Shown here piece by piece: positions 38,543 through 47,910 of a stretch of 64,000 nucleotides of DNA (positions within the stretch are counted from its first letter, which is position 1; the number at the start of each line of letters is the position of its first letter). A model generated the notes under the pieces. It saw nothing but the letters and a program-made list of their open reading frames with translations, was not told the origin of the DNA and searched no databases. This DNA comes from Phycisphaerae bacterium. Lineage in GTDB: Bacteria > Planctomycetota > Phycisphaerae > JAAYCJ01. Location: positions 18,070 to 82,069 of the forward strand of contig JBAZZQ010000008.1 of the NCBI GenBank assembly GCA_041658725.1, written 5' to 3'. Both the position numbers and the translations under genes were made by a program.

Positions 38543-40819
38543 TCAGATACCGGTAGCCACTTTTGTGGAGGTGATGGTTTCATCGGGAGAGGCGGAGGGC
38601 GTTTGGGAAGGATATGCGATCCGGCTGTGATAGAAGCCGCTGAGACTCTTAGTCAGACTGTCCTCGACGGCGTGCAATTCACGCAGGGTAATGTCGCAAT
38701 TGTCAAACTGTCCGTCTTCGAGGCGTTTTTCGACGATCTGATGGACGATGGTTTCAATACGTCCCATCGTAGGTTCCGCCAGGGATCGTGCGGCGCTTTC
38801 GACCCCGTCGGCAAGCATGACGATGGCGATTTCCTTGCTATATGGTTTTGGGCCCGGATAACGAAAGGCCACATCCAGAGCTTCCTTGTCGCTTTCCGGC
38901 TGCTGGACGGCCTTGTTGTAGAAGTATTCGATCAGGGTCGTGCCATGATGCTCGGCGATAAATCGAGTGATGACGTTAGGCAAACCATATTCCTGGGCAA
39001 GTTCCAAGCCGTCTTTGACATGTCCGATGATGATCAGCATGCTCATGGCGGGCGAGAGACCTTTATGCCGGGTAATGACATTTCCCGGCTGGTTTTCCAC
39101 GAAATATTTTGGTTTGTTGATTTTTCCAATATCGTGATAGTAGGACCCTGCCCGTGCCAGCAGTCCGTTGGCACCAATGGCGTCGGCGGCGGCTTCGGCG
39201 AGCGATCCGATAAGGAGCGAATGACTGAAGGTGCCGGGCGCTTCGAGGGTCAATTTTCGAAGGAGCGGTTTACTGGCGTCGCACCATTCGAGAAGGGTCA
39301 TACTGGTGGCGATCTGGAAAAGTCTTTCGATCACGGGCAAAAGACCCTGAACCACCAACCCCGCCGCCAGGGCCCCCCCTGCCGCGGACATGGCGCTTTT
39401 GAGGATATATTTTACTTCCTGATAATCGGCCAGTTGCGAGGCCCAGACCACGGCAAAGGCCATCAGCGCGGCGGCGGAGGCGATTTCGATGAGTTTGGAC
39501 CGGCTTCGAATCTCTTCGAGGGTCAGAACCACCGTCGCTCCACCGGCAAGCAGGGTAAGGAGCAGACTGACGTTTCCATTCAGGGTAATCATCAACAGGC
39601 AGACCAGGGCGGTCATCACCACGAGGGCAAATCGATGGTCATAAGCAATGCTCATCACCATCGCCAGCAAAACAACCTCAAAAACGGTCCCGTAACTATT
39701 CCATCCACCCAGGTCCATGATACGGGCCATAGCGACCATGGCGAATAAGGATAGAGCGAGCACCGAAGCCCTGGACCAGTTATGGATCGCTTTCCGCTGG
39801 AATCTGGCACAATAAACCCACAAGGAAACACTGATCACTACTACAAGCATAGCAATGCCGGCCTCGGCCAAAAGTTTTTCGCGTGGATTAATCGAATTCC
39901 AGTAGGCCTTGTTTTCCATTTCCAGCAGTTGGACTTCGCGTTTATCGATCTCCTGATCTTGCTTGACAAGCAAACTTCCAGGTTCAAATTTTCGGAAAAC
40001 CCTATTGGCCTCCGAATCGAAACGGGTCTGCCGCTGTTTATCGGTGGCGGCTTTGTCAAAAAGCCAGATGGGTTTGAAATTTTCCTTCAGATACCGCTCG
40101 ACGACGGGCTGAAAACCCAAAGGCAGGACCTGGATAGTTCGGGCAAGAAAGGCATTTACTTTCTCGCTGTCCGTATCGAAGATCCATTGATCGGTTTGCC
40201 GTGGGATTTTAGTTTCCGGATTAACAAGCACAACGGTATTTGCCTTGCGGTATTCTTCGGGAATCACCTCGATGCTGTTTCCGGCGGCGAGGGAAGTTTT
40301 CAGTTTTCGCACGGACTTTTGAAATTCCTCCGGTGATATCTTGGAAATAAATTGTCGAAGGTCGTTAAAATTTTGAGCGTTGATATGCCACGTTTTTTCG
40401 AAGACCAGCTTTTTGGCTGTCGGCAAGTCGCTGTGCTGCTTGATGGCTTTAAGATCGTTGTAAAAAAGGGTCAGGTCCTGATCGACCTGCTCCAGAAACA
40501 CCTTATTCGGAAGATAATAATTCGGGGTGGACTGCCGAGCCTGCTCCTGGGCTTTGGCCGTCGCTTGTTCGTCGAATTCCTGAAACTCGGCACGGACACG
40601 AATATCCTGCCGCGGCTTTTGACCGATCCCCCACGGCATGACCTGTCCGCCGATCACAATCACTCCGCTGGTGATGCACACGAAAATAATTCCGATCACA
40701 ATACCCCAGGGAGAAATGCGATGGCGAATTTTCTCCATGGCGCCCTGCGATCGCAGAGATGGGGTGCGTTTAAGCTCGTTCTTGTTTTTTTTATTAAAAA
40801 ACCACATAATGCTACGCAT
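38543..40819 (-). CDS. 7TM-receptor HD-domain phosphohydrolase (PgpH/YqfF-like, 7TMR-HDED + HD)
   Basis: Extracellular N-domain, 7 TM helices, and a C-terminal HD domain (HDIGKINKPKYF, IAEHHG). Confidence 0.8.
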   Translation of the reverse strand: MRSIMWFFNKKNKNELKRTPSLRSQGAMEKIRHRISPWGIVIGIIFVCITSGVIVIGGQVMPWGIGQKPRQDIRVRAEFQEFDEQATAKAQEQARQSTPNYYLPNKVFLEQVDQDLTLFYNDLKAIKQHSDLPTAKKLVFEKTWHINAQNFNDLRQFISKISPEEFQKSVRKLKTSLAAGNSIEVIPEEYRKANTVVLVNPETKIPRQTDQWIFDTDSEKVNAFLARTIQVLPLGFQPVVERYLKENFKPIWLFDKAATDKQRQTRFDSEANRVFRKFEPGSLLVKQDQEIDKREVQLLEMENKAYWNSINPREKLLAEAGIAMLVVVISVSLWVYCARFQRKAIHNWSRASVLALSLFAMVAMARIMDLGGWNSYGTVFEVVLLAMVMSIAYDHRFALVVMTALVCLLMITLNGNVSLLLTLLAGGATVVLTLEEIRSRSKLIEIASAAALMAFAVVWASQLADYQEVKYILKSAMSAAGGALAAGLVVQGLLPVIERLFQIATSMTLLEWCDASKPLLRKLTLEAPGTFSHSLLIGSLAEAAADAIGANGLLARAGSYYHDIGKINKPKYFVENQPGNVITRHKGLSPAMSMLIIIGHVKDGLELAQEYGLPNVITRFIAEHHGTTLIEYFYNKAVQQPESDKEALDVAFRYPGPKPYSKEIAIVMLADGVESAARSLAEPTMGRIETIVHQIVEKRLEDGQFDNCDITLRELHAVEDSLTKSLSGFYHSRIAYPSQTPSASPDETITSTKVATGI

Positions 40820-40924
40820 AAATGACTAAATCCTAATGACGAATGTCTAATCAATGACTAAGCCCTAATGTCTAAAAGGATTTGGTCATTAGACATTACT
40901 TCGTCATTAGTCATTAGGATTTAG

Positions 40925-41938
40925 TCATTTCCTTTTTCCATTTCCACCGTATGCCTCAACTATAGTTTGGACGAGTCGATGACGAACGATATCCACTCCG
41001 GTGAGGCGAACCACGCCGATGCCCTTGACACCACCGAGTTTCCTGACGGCATCGACCAGTCCGGACTGATCCGGGCGTTCCAGATCGACCTGCGTGTCGT
41101 CTCCGGTGACTACCATCTTAGAATGATGTCCAAGCCGCGTCAAGAACATGAGCATTTGGGAGGCGGTGGTGTTCTGAGCCTCATCCATGATAATCGCGGC
41201 ATTATTCAGGGTTCTTCCTCGCATGTAGGCCAGTGGAATTACCTCGATCAAATCGTTCATCATAAAACGTTTGAGCTGATCGAACCCCATCATTTCTTGC
41301 ATGGCATCGAAGAGAGGCCGCAGATACGGATTCACTTTCGCCTGCAGATCGCCGGGAAGATAACCAAGTTTTTCTCCTGCCTCCACGGCGGGTCTGACCA
41401 GGACAATCCGTTTAATGACTCCTTGTTTAAGCGAGGAAACCGCCATCGCCACAGCGAGATAGGTTTTACCCGTTCCGGCGGGACCCAGACAAAAGACAAG
41501 ATCGTTATTGGCGATGGACCGGATATACTCCGCCTGGCCGGGTGTTTTCGGGATAATTTTGACTCCCCTGGTAAAGACCTCGATCGTTTCTGTAACAATT
41601 TCCCCTTTGCCCTGCGATTTTTCCTCTTCAATTGCAGGTTCCAGGGAGGCCAAGGCTTCGTGAACGTCGGCCACGTCCAACTGGTCGCTATCAAGAAGCA
41701 TCTGCTGCATCCGCTCGATGACGGAGGCGGTCTTGCCCACCGCTTCGGCGCGACCACAGAGTTTTACCGAACTATCTCTCGCCACCACCTGAACGTCGAA
41801 CATTTCCCGCAGGATCCGCAAATTTTTGTCATTGGGTCCAAAAAGGGCTGTTCGATGGGCGTGGGGCTGTAATGTTATCGTTAAATCCAATTCGGACTCT
41901 CCTGCGTTTATAAAATGTATTTTAGCGCCAGATACCAT
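40925..41938 (-). CDS. phoH: PhoH-like ATPase
   Basis: Walker A GPAGTGKTYLAVAMAV and the PhoH core. An N-terminal KH-like region is present. Confidence 0.9.
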   Translation of the reverse strand: MVSGAKIHFINAGESELDLTITLQPHAHRTALFGPNDKNLRILREMFDVQVVARDSSVKLCGRAEAVGKTASVIERMQQMLLDSDQLDVADVHEALASLEPAIEEEKSQGKGEIVTETIEVFTRGVKIIPKTPGQAEYIRSIANNDLVFCLGPAGTGKTYLAVAMAVSSLKQGVIKRIVLVRPAVEAGEKLGYLPGDLQAKVNPYLRPLFDAMQEMMGFDQLKRFMMNDLIEVIPLAYMRGRTLNNAAIIMDEAQNTTASQMLMFLTRLGHHSKMVVTGDDTQVDLERPDQSGLVDAVRKLGGVKGIGVVRLTGVDIVRHRLVQTIVEAYGGNGKRK

Positions 41939-42798
41939 ACAAATCCAGTCGGCAGGAGCGAATCGACCAGATCGAGCACTCCTCCGAACTCTGGAAGAAG
42001 ACGGGCGGAATCTTTAACTTGGGCGTCGCGTTTAAGGAGCGATTCGGTCAAATCGCCGAGATGACCGATCACCGCGAACCCGATTCCGATTAAAATGAAA
42101 TGAAAAACGCTCAAACCTGCCAGAACTGAATGGTCTCGGAACAGAGGCGAAAGTCCCAGCCCGGTGGTGACCAGACTGGAAAAAATAATCGCGCCCAAAA
42201 GTCCCTCGACGGTTTTGCCCGGCGAGAGCCAGGGAATGAGCTTGTGTTTTCCCAAGGCCATTCCGGTGAAGTAGGCCCCGATGTCGGAACATTTGACCGC
42301 CGCGATCAGAAGGATAACGGGTCCTGGGCCGAACTGGGTACGAAGGGCGACAAAGTAAGACAGGAACAAACCCATGTAGATGAGAGCGAACAAAGACCAA
42401 GCCAGATTAGCGCCCGCCCCTTCGGTTTGCCGTCGCAGCATCTGACCGATGACAAAGAAGAAAAAGAAGGCGGCGATAAGAATTAATTCGTTCGGAGCGG
42501 CTTGCCAAACACTCAGGTAGGGTTGAATGGTCAACATGACCGATCCGACGATAATGAGTGGGGTCAGGGGTTTGGCCCCGGTTTGACGGGCCAGATAAAT
42601 CGTCTCCAGGCTCCCAGCCAGTCCGAGCAGGGCGGCCAGAACCGTGACGATCAGGCCGTACCCAAGAAAAACCGTGGCCGTGGAGGGACTCCGCAGCATA
42701 CGATAAAAAAAGAAAAAATCCAACGCCATCAGACCCGCCAGGATCAGGATCATCAGGCCGCCGAAGAGAACTCTCGTTTTTACGGATTTTTGTGCCAT
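41908..42798 (-). CDS. cdsA: Phosphatidate cytidylyltransferase (CDP-diglyceride synthase) family
   Basis: Polytopic membrane protein with a divergent C-terminal CTP-transferase signature (SLLKRDAQVKDSARLLPEFGGVLDLVDS; the canonical form is GHGGxxDRxDS). It lies next to uppS. The start is at the internal ATG 42796-42798. Confidence 0.65.
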   Translation of the reverse strand: MAQKSVKTRVLFGGLMILILAGLMALDFFFFYRMLRSPSTATVFLGYGLIVTVLAALLGLAGSLETIYLARQTGAKPLTPLIIVGSVMLTIQPYLSVWQAAPNELILIAAFFFFFVIGQMLRRQTEGAGANLAWSLFALIYMGLFLSYFVALRTQFGPGPVILLIAAVKCSDIGAYFTGMALGKHKLIPWLSPGKTVEGLLGAIIFSSLVTTGLGLSPLFRDHSVLAGLSVFHFILIGIGFAVIGHLGDLTESLLKRDAQVKDSARLLPEFGGVLDLVDSLLPTGFVWYLALKYIL

Positions 42799-42888
42799 GA
42801 TTGTTTTATCGGGAACTATTTTACTCGTTTGCGATTGGAAATTAAAGACCTTAGTGGTTATATATACATTTTTAAAAAGGAACGTTCT

Positions 42889-44043
42889 ATGACTAATCGA
42901 CAACGAGCCATGGCGATTCTTCGGTATCAGGCTTACGACCGTCTTGCGATCGTCAATTTTGGATATTGGCGAGAGACGCTGCAGAAATGGGCTGCCGAGG
43001 GACATTTGAGCGACGCGGAGGCCCTCTCGTGGGCTGACGGTAATCCGACAGATGCAGCCATTTCCCAGAAACTGGGTTTTGATTTCAACTGGTATAGCAC
43101 CTTTACTCCCTGCATCAGTTTGAACCCGATTTTCGAATCCAGGGTGATTAAAGAATTTCCCGACGGTTCGCAGCATGTGCTTAATGGTGAGGGGGTGATC
43201 GTTCTTTCCAAACCGGGCGCGGGCTCGATCCCGGCGGAAATCCAACACACCCTGGTAGATCGTGCCTCTTGGGAAGAACATTATAAATGGCGATTTCAAT
43301 TTTCCCCACAGCGGATCACAACCGCTTTGGTTCGCATCGGCGATACCATGATCCCCTTCGATCAGGGCGGACTAAAATTTCTTCAAACCGACGAGCGGGA
43401 TTATCCCTACGGCCTCTTTTGCGGCAGCCTTTACGGCCAGATTCGTAATATTCTCGGGGTGGAAGGGTCGTGTTATTTGATGATGGACGACGAAGACCTA
43501 TTCGATGAAATCATTAGAACGGTCGGGGAGTTGAGCTATCAGGTGGCTAAATTCGTTCTGGAATCAGGAGCGAAGTTCGATTTCGCTCATTTCTGGGAAG
43601 ATATCTGCTTTAAAAACGGACCCCTGATCACACCGGGGGTTTTTGATGAAAAGGTCGGTCCGCACTACAAACGCATTACCGATCTTTTGAAAACCTACGG
43701 AATTGATATTGTTTCCCTGGACTGCGACGGCAAAATCGACGCCTTGATTCCCACCTGGTTCAACAACGGAGTGAACACCATGTTCCCGATCGAGGTCGGG
43801 ACGTGGAACGCGAGCATCAAACCGTGGCGAGACCTGTACGGCAAGAATCTACGCGGGGTCGGTGGTATGAATAAAACGGTGTTTGCCCGTGACCGGTCCA
43901 CCGTCGATGAAGAAATTGAACGATTAAAACTCCTGGTCGAGCTGGGTGGTTTTATACCCTGCCCCGATCATCGAATCGCCCCCGACGCGAAATGGGATTT
44001 GGTTCGATATTATTGCGACCGGATGAGGAAGGTCTGCTGCTAA
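42889..44043 (+). CDS. URO-D-like family protein
   Basis: The N-terminus MTNRQRAMAILRYQAYDRLAI is URO-D-like. RBS aaaaagga. The longer listed ORF is an upstream read-through that overlaps cdsA. Confidence 0.6.
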   Translation: MTNRQRAMAILRYQAYDRLAIVNFGYWRETLQKWAAEGHLSDAEALSWADGNPTDAAISQKLGFDFNWYSTFTPCISLNPIFESRVIKEFPDGSQHVLNGEGVIVLSKPGAGSIPAEIQHTLVDRASWEEHYKWRFQFSPQRITTALVRIGDTMIPFDQGGLKFLQTDERDYPYGLFCGSLYGQIRNILGVEGSCYLMMDDEDLFDEIIRTVGELSYQVAKFVLESGAKFDFAHFWEDICFKNGPLITPGVFDEKVGPHYKRITDLLKTYGIDIVSLDCDGKIDALIPTWFNNGVNTMFPIEVGTWNASIKPWRDLYGKNLRGVGGMNKTVFARDRSTVDEEIERLKLLVELGGFIPCPDHRIAPDAKWDLVRYYCDRMRKVCC

Positions 44044-44070
44044 TACGCCAAAAACGCACACAATGTGTCT

Positions 44071-44829
44071 CTATAGCTTAGTGCTGATGGCGCCGAATTT
44101 TCTTTCCCGCTGGACGTAGTCCTGGATGGCACGGTGAAGATGGTCTTCGGAAAAATCGGGCCAGCAGTCTTTTTCCACGTAGAACTCCGTGTAGGCCAAC
44201 TGCCAGAGAAGGAAATTGCTCAATCGCCGCTCCCCGGCGGTGCGGATAATCAAATCCGGATCGGGCATGCCGGCTGTGTAGAGATGATCGCCGATCAACG
44301 TCTCGGTTACTTCTTCGCCCGAAAGTTCCTTTCGAGCGATTTTTTGGGCAATGACCTGCATTGCATCGGTGATTTCGACGCGGGAAGAATAATTTAACGC
44401 CAGGGAAAGGATCAGGCCTTTATTCCCGGCAGTGGCGGCCATGGTCTCGGTCAGCCGCTGCTGAACGGATTCGGGCAATCCGGTCATTCGGCCCAGGTGC
44501 CGAAGTTTGACCTCAAGGGACATCATTTCCGGCAATTCATGTGCCAGATATTCGGCGCAGAGCTGCATGAGAAATTCCACTTCCTCCCGCGGACGTTTCC
44601 AGTTTTCCATGCTAAAGGAATAGAGCGTGAGGTATCCGATTCCGAGTTTGGAGCATTCGGTGACCATCTTGCGCACGACTTTAGCGCCCTGCCGATGGCC
44701 TTCGATGCGAGGCAGATTTTTCCACTGGGCCCATCGGCCGTTACCGTCCATGATCATGGCGATATGTTTCGGCAACTGCTGAGGTTTTAACCCCAAAAGA
44801 CTTTCGATGTCATGTAATATTACGGGCAT
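44071..44829 (-). CDS. uppS: Isoprenyl transferase (undecaprenyl pyrophosphate synthase)
   Basis: IAMIMDGNGRWA, plus the RTAGERRLSNFLLWQ...YTEFY hallmarks of cis-prenyltransferases. Confidence 0.9.
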   Translation of the reverse strand: MPVILHDIESLLGLKPQQLPKHIAMIMDGNGRWAQWKNLPRIEGHRQGAKVVRKMVTECSKLGIGYLTLYSFSMENWKRPREEVEFLMQLCAEYLAHELPEMMSLEVKLRHLGRMTGLPESVQQRLTETMAATAGNKGLILSLALNYSSRVEITDAMQVIAQKIARKELSGEEVTETLIGDHLYTAGMPDPDLIIRTAGERRLSNFLLWQLAYTEFYVEKDCWPDFSEDHLHRAIQDYVQRERKFGAISTKL

Positions 44830-44848
44830 TTTTGCTTTCCATTTTTTG

Positions 44849-45361
44849 AACCACAGAGATCACAGAGATCACAGAGAAAATCATAAGACATCTATACATA
44901 AATCATTCCGGCTTAATCCCCTTTATGTTAGAATAATCCGTTTGATTCCATCGACGAGCATTGGGACGTTAAAGTTAATCAATAGCCCAAGTTGTTTTCC
45001 CGTGGCTTTGAGATAGGAAAGCACTTGAGCGGAATGAATAGGGGCAAGTTCCTTTGTTGCCTTTATTTCAAGGATAAGAGCATCTTCGATTAAAAAATCC
45101 AACCGATGCTCTCCGACACATTCGTTTTTGTAATGGATTTTCACCGGTGCCTGACGGATAAAAGAAATTTCTTTCAATCGAAGTTCCACACATAGCGATT
45201 CTTCGTAAATGGTCTCTAAAAATCCCGGCCCAATTACTCGATGCACCTCAATAGCAGTGCTAATGACAGAATGAGAAAGGCTATTGAGACCATTACTGAA
45301 GGTATTTTGCCTATTATTCATAAACATTTCTTTCTCTGTGTTCTCTGCGATCTCTGTGGTT
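44849..45361. mobile_element. TIR-flanked cassette of ~513 bp carrying a GxxExxY gene. The 30-bp terminal inverted repeats are built from CACAGAGAT tandem units.
   Basis: Left end 44849-44880 aaccacagagatcacagagatcacagagaaaa. The reverse complement of the right end (45331-45361) is aaccacagagatcgcagagaacacagagaaa. Confidence 0.45.
44923..45327 (-). CDS. GxxExxY family protein (PD-(D/E)XK nuclease superfamily)
   Basis: GPGFLETIYEESL contains the G-x-x-E-x-x-Y signature, with a downstream D...E.K (LIEDALILEIKA). Confidence 0.75.
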   Translation of the reverse strand: MFMNNRQNTFSNGLNSLSHSVISTAIEVHRVIGPGFLETIYEESLCVELRLKEISFIRQAPVKIHYKNECVGEHRLDFLIEDALILEIKATKELAPIHSAQVLSYLKATGKQLGLLINFNVPMLVDGIKRIILT

Positions 45362-45374
45362 TAAACCTCTTTTA

Positions 45375-46727
45375 TTATATTTTTATCGCTACCGTTTGGT
45401 CGCGTTCCGGGCCTACGCTGGCCAATTTGATCGGGCAATTCAGCAGTTCCTGAAGCCGGCGCAGATATTTGACCGCGCCGGTCGGTAATTGATTTTGCTC
45501 TTTGGCGGCGGTGATATCCTCGGTCCAGCCCGGAATCTCCTCATAGACAATCTCAACTTTTTCAAGAATATGGCTATCGGTGGGGAAAAAATCGAGGGGT
45601 TTTCCGTCCACTTTATATTGGACCGCGATCTTGATCGGGTCCAGTCCGCTTAATACGTCCAAAAGCATAACCGCCAGGGAATTGATTCCGCCGATCATGA
45701 TGGAATATTTTACAGCCACGGCGTCGAACCAGCCGGTGCGTCTCGGTCGGCCGGTCGTCGTGCCGTATTCCTTGCCCCTAACGCGAATGCCTTCGCCGAT
45801 GTCATTTTTCAATTCAGTGGGGAAAGGACCGGCTCCCACGCGGGTGGTGTAGGCTTTGATGATCCCGAGGTAGCTGTGGACCAGAGCGGCAGGTACGCCC
45901 GTGCCCGCTGAAAGTCCGCAGGGGCCGGAGTTGGAGCTGGTTACGTAAGGATAGGTCCCGTGATCGAGGTCCAAGAGCGCGCCCTGGGCGCCTTCAAACA
46001 TGATCCGCTTGCCCTGGTGAAGATTGCGGTGGAGCAGTTCCGCCGTATCACAGACGTAGGGTTTAAGTTCGTCGGCGTAATTACAAAACTGGTCGTAAAT
46101 TTCCTTCCAGTTCAGTTCGGCCGCGCCATAGAGGGCTTGGAAAATTTTGTTTTTATCGGCAACGATCCGCTGGAGTTTTTCCGCGAAATGCTTTTTATCG
46201 TAAAGCTCGCCCAGCCGGATACCGTAACTGCGATAAGCCTTATCGGCGTAGCAGGGACCGATTCCCCGGCAGGTGGTTCCGAGTGAATTTCCGGCGAGTT
46301 GTTTTTCACTGAGCTGGTCCTGGAGTTTATGGTAAGGGAATACCACGTGAGCCTTGCTGGAGATTTTCAGGTTCTCCGCCACTTTGACGTTACGGCTTTT
46401 TAAGGTTTTAATTTCCTCCAGGACGACCTGCGGATCGAGGACGACCCCGTTGGCGATGACCGCGGTGGCCGTAGGGGAGAGGATGCCCGAAGGGACCAGG
46501 TGCATGGCGAATTTTTCCTTGCCGATGACCACGGAATGACCCGCGTTGGCCCCTCCGCTGTACCGGACAACCAGGTCGAATAATCCCGCCGGTCCGCCCG
46601 GATCGGTCAGGAGGTTGACAATTTTACCCTTGCCCTCGTCGCCCCATTGAAGCCCGACCACACATACATTTCCCGGCAAATCTATTTTCATTACTTGTTG
46701 TCCCTGCGTTTTTAACATAGCGAACAT
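45375..46727 (-). CDS. purA: Adenylosuccinate synthetase
   Basis: P-loop GLQWGDEGKGKIVNLL and TTCRGIGP. The GTP/IMP binding motifs are collinear with PurA. The start may be the internal Met at 46691. Confidence 0.9.
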   Translation of the reverse strand: MFAMLKTQGQQVMKIDLPGNVCVVGLQWGDEGKGKIVNLLTDPGGPAGLFDLVVRYSGGANAGHSVVIGKEKFAMHLVPSGILSPTATAVIANGVVLDPQVVLEEIKTLKSRNVKVAENLKISSKAHVVFPYHKLQDQLSEKQLAGNSLGTTCRGIGPCYADKAYRSYGIRLGELYDKKHFAEKLQRIVADKNKIFQALYGAAELNWKEIYDQFCNYADELKPYVCDTAELLHRNLHQGKRIMFEGAQGALLDLDHGTYPYVTSSNSGPCGLSAGTGVPAALVHSYLGIIKAYTTRVGAGPFPTELKNDIGEGIRVRGKEYGTTTGRPRRTGWFDAVAVKYSIMIGGINSLAVMLLDVLSGLDPIKIAVQYKVDGKPLDFFPTDSHILEKVEIVYEEIPGWTEDITAAKEQNQLPTGAVKYLRRLQELLNCPIKLASVGPERDQTVAIKI

Positions 46728-46733
46728 AGAAAA

Positions 46734-46760
46734 AGTCAGCCCTTCGGCTGACTAGGAACC
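46734..46760. other. Perfect 7-bp-stem hairpin (GTCAGCC-CTTC-GGCTGAC) immediately upstream of purA
   Basis: Seen directly in the sequence. The tetraloop is CTTC. Confidence 0.4.
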
Positions 46761-47151
46761 AGAATTACCAACAGGATATCCTAGCTTGTTTCTCGGACTA
46801 ATTCAAGTCTTTCGCCAAATCAAAAGAGGGCCGCCTCCTGCGGGTGTCTGACTAATTTTTCTGGCCACCCCTCCCCTGTCATCGTCCGGCTTGACCGGAC
46901 GATCCAGTATTCTTCTCTGTTCGTAAACTTTTCCCGTATATTTCATAAATGGAAAACCCCTGGATTCCCGCCTGCGCGGGAATGACAGCCTGTTTTGGCC
47001 TTGCCGGGATTTTTAGTCACACGCGGGATTACAAGACAAAGTAACCCCTCAGTTTTTCATGGGCTGGAAAAATGTCTGATTTTTCATAAATTGCTGTTTT
47101 TTTCTTCTTCCCTGTGGTAAAGAGGTAACGAACGACACAGGGACGTAAAAG

Positions 47152-47676
47152 ATGGCGTGCATGGAATGCTACAAACGACAGCTTCGGATCAATGAGCTTG
47201 AGGATGAATTGTCTCAGGCCAAGGCGAAGCTGCGGTATCAGGAACGGACGGCCAAGGAAGGGCCGTTCAAGAGTTCCACGCCCAGCTCAAAGATTCCGAT
47301 CAAGCTCAACACCTTGTCGGAACGTCAGGCGAAAAAAGGCGGGGGCAAACTCGGGCATAAAGGTTATGGCCGCTCCGCCATGTCGCCGGACCAAGCGGAT
47401 CGAGACGAGATCGTGGGCGACAAACGAATGGCCGACTATGCTGAAAAATATGCGCGTCGGCGGTACCGGACCGATGTTTTTGCCTTTGACCTTAGCGATA
47501 CAGGGTCCGAATTGATTGGCCAGATCATCGTCAACTCCCAACTTGCCCGCGAGCAAGCCCGAAAACTCAAAACCAACCCCGCCGCCGAACTGGCCCTTTA
47601 TATCACCCACGGCCTTTTGCATTTAACCCACTACGACAATCATACTAAAAAAAACGCCCAAAAAATGCACCACTGA
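47152..47676 (+). pseudogene. Chimeric pseudogene. An IS66-family transposase N-terminal fragment (~86 aa) is fused to an inverted duplicate of the ybeY C-terminal two-thirds, with a premature stop.
   Basis: The N-terminal part LRYQERTAKEGPFKSSTPSSK...KKGGGKLGHKGYGRS matches the IS66 TnpC motifs (RxQxFGxSSEK; PGGQPGHKGHGR). The remainder is 95% identical to YbeY residues 44-130. A CGA-to-TGA change creates the stop. Confidence 0.55.
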
Positions 47677-47788
47677 ACCGAAAAGTACCTTCGACAAACC
47701 GGCTTCAAAAAAATCCCACCGTTGCCTGCTTGAGCTACGAATGAGGCAGAAGGCCGTACTGGAAGAGAAATTTCTATAATTTATAGTT
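47407..47788. repeat. Copy B (inverted) of the ybeY-3' duplicated segment
   Basis: Reverse complement of 38027-38410 with a few substitutions. Identity ends at TTTAA / cccgt versus agtat. Confidence 0.8.
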
Positions 47789-47910
47789 TAAAGTATTTTT
47801 CTCATCCGTTTATCTGCCATGTTAAAAAACAAACCTCAAAAATTCATATAACCTCTTGCATAATGACTAAAAGGGATGTATACTATAGTTAGCAATAAGG
47901 AGCTGGTTTT

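Noticed and set aside
38195-39748. 517-aa ORF on the + strand antisense to the pgpH-like gene
   Set aside because: Gly/His-rich low-complexity product with no motifs. It is typical of antisense frames of GC-biased genes. The - strand product has 7TM and HD domains.
41908-43299. 463-aa extent of the cdsA ORF, and the 513-aa extent of 42502..44043
   Set aside because: The N-terminal extensions overlap each other on opposite strands and lack homology. Both were trimmed to internal starts with an RBS (42798 and 42889).
44851-44880. Possible CRISPR or short tandem array (CACAGAGAT x3)
   Set aside because: Only three 9-bp units with no spacers. It is better explained as part of the terminal inverted repeat of the GxxExxY cassette.
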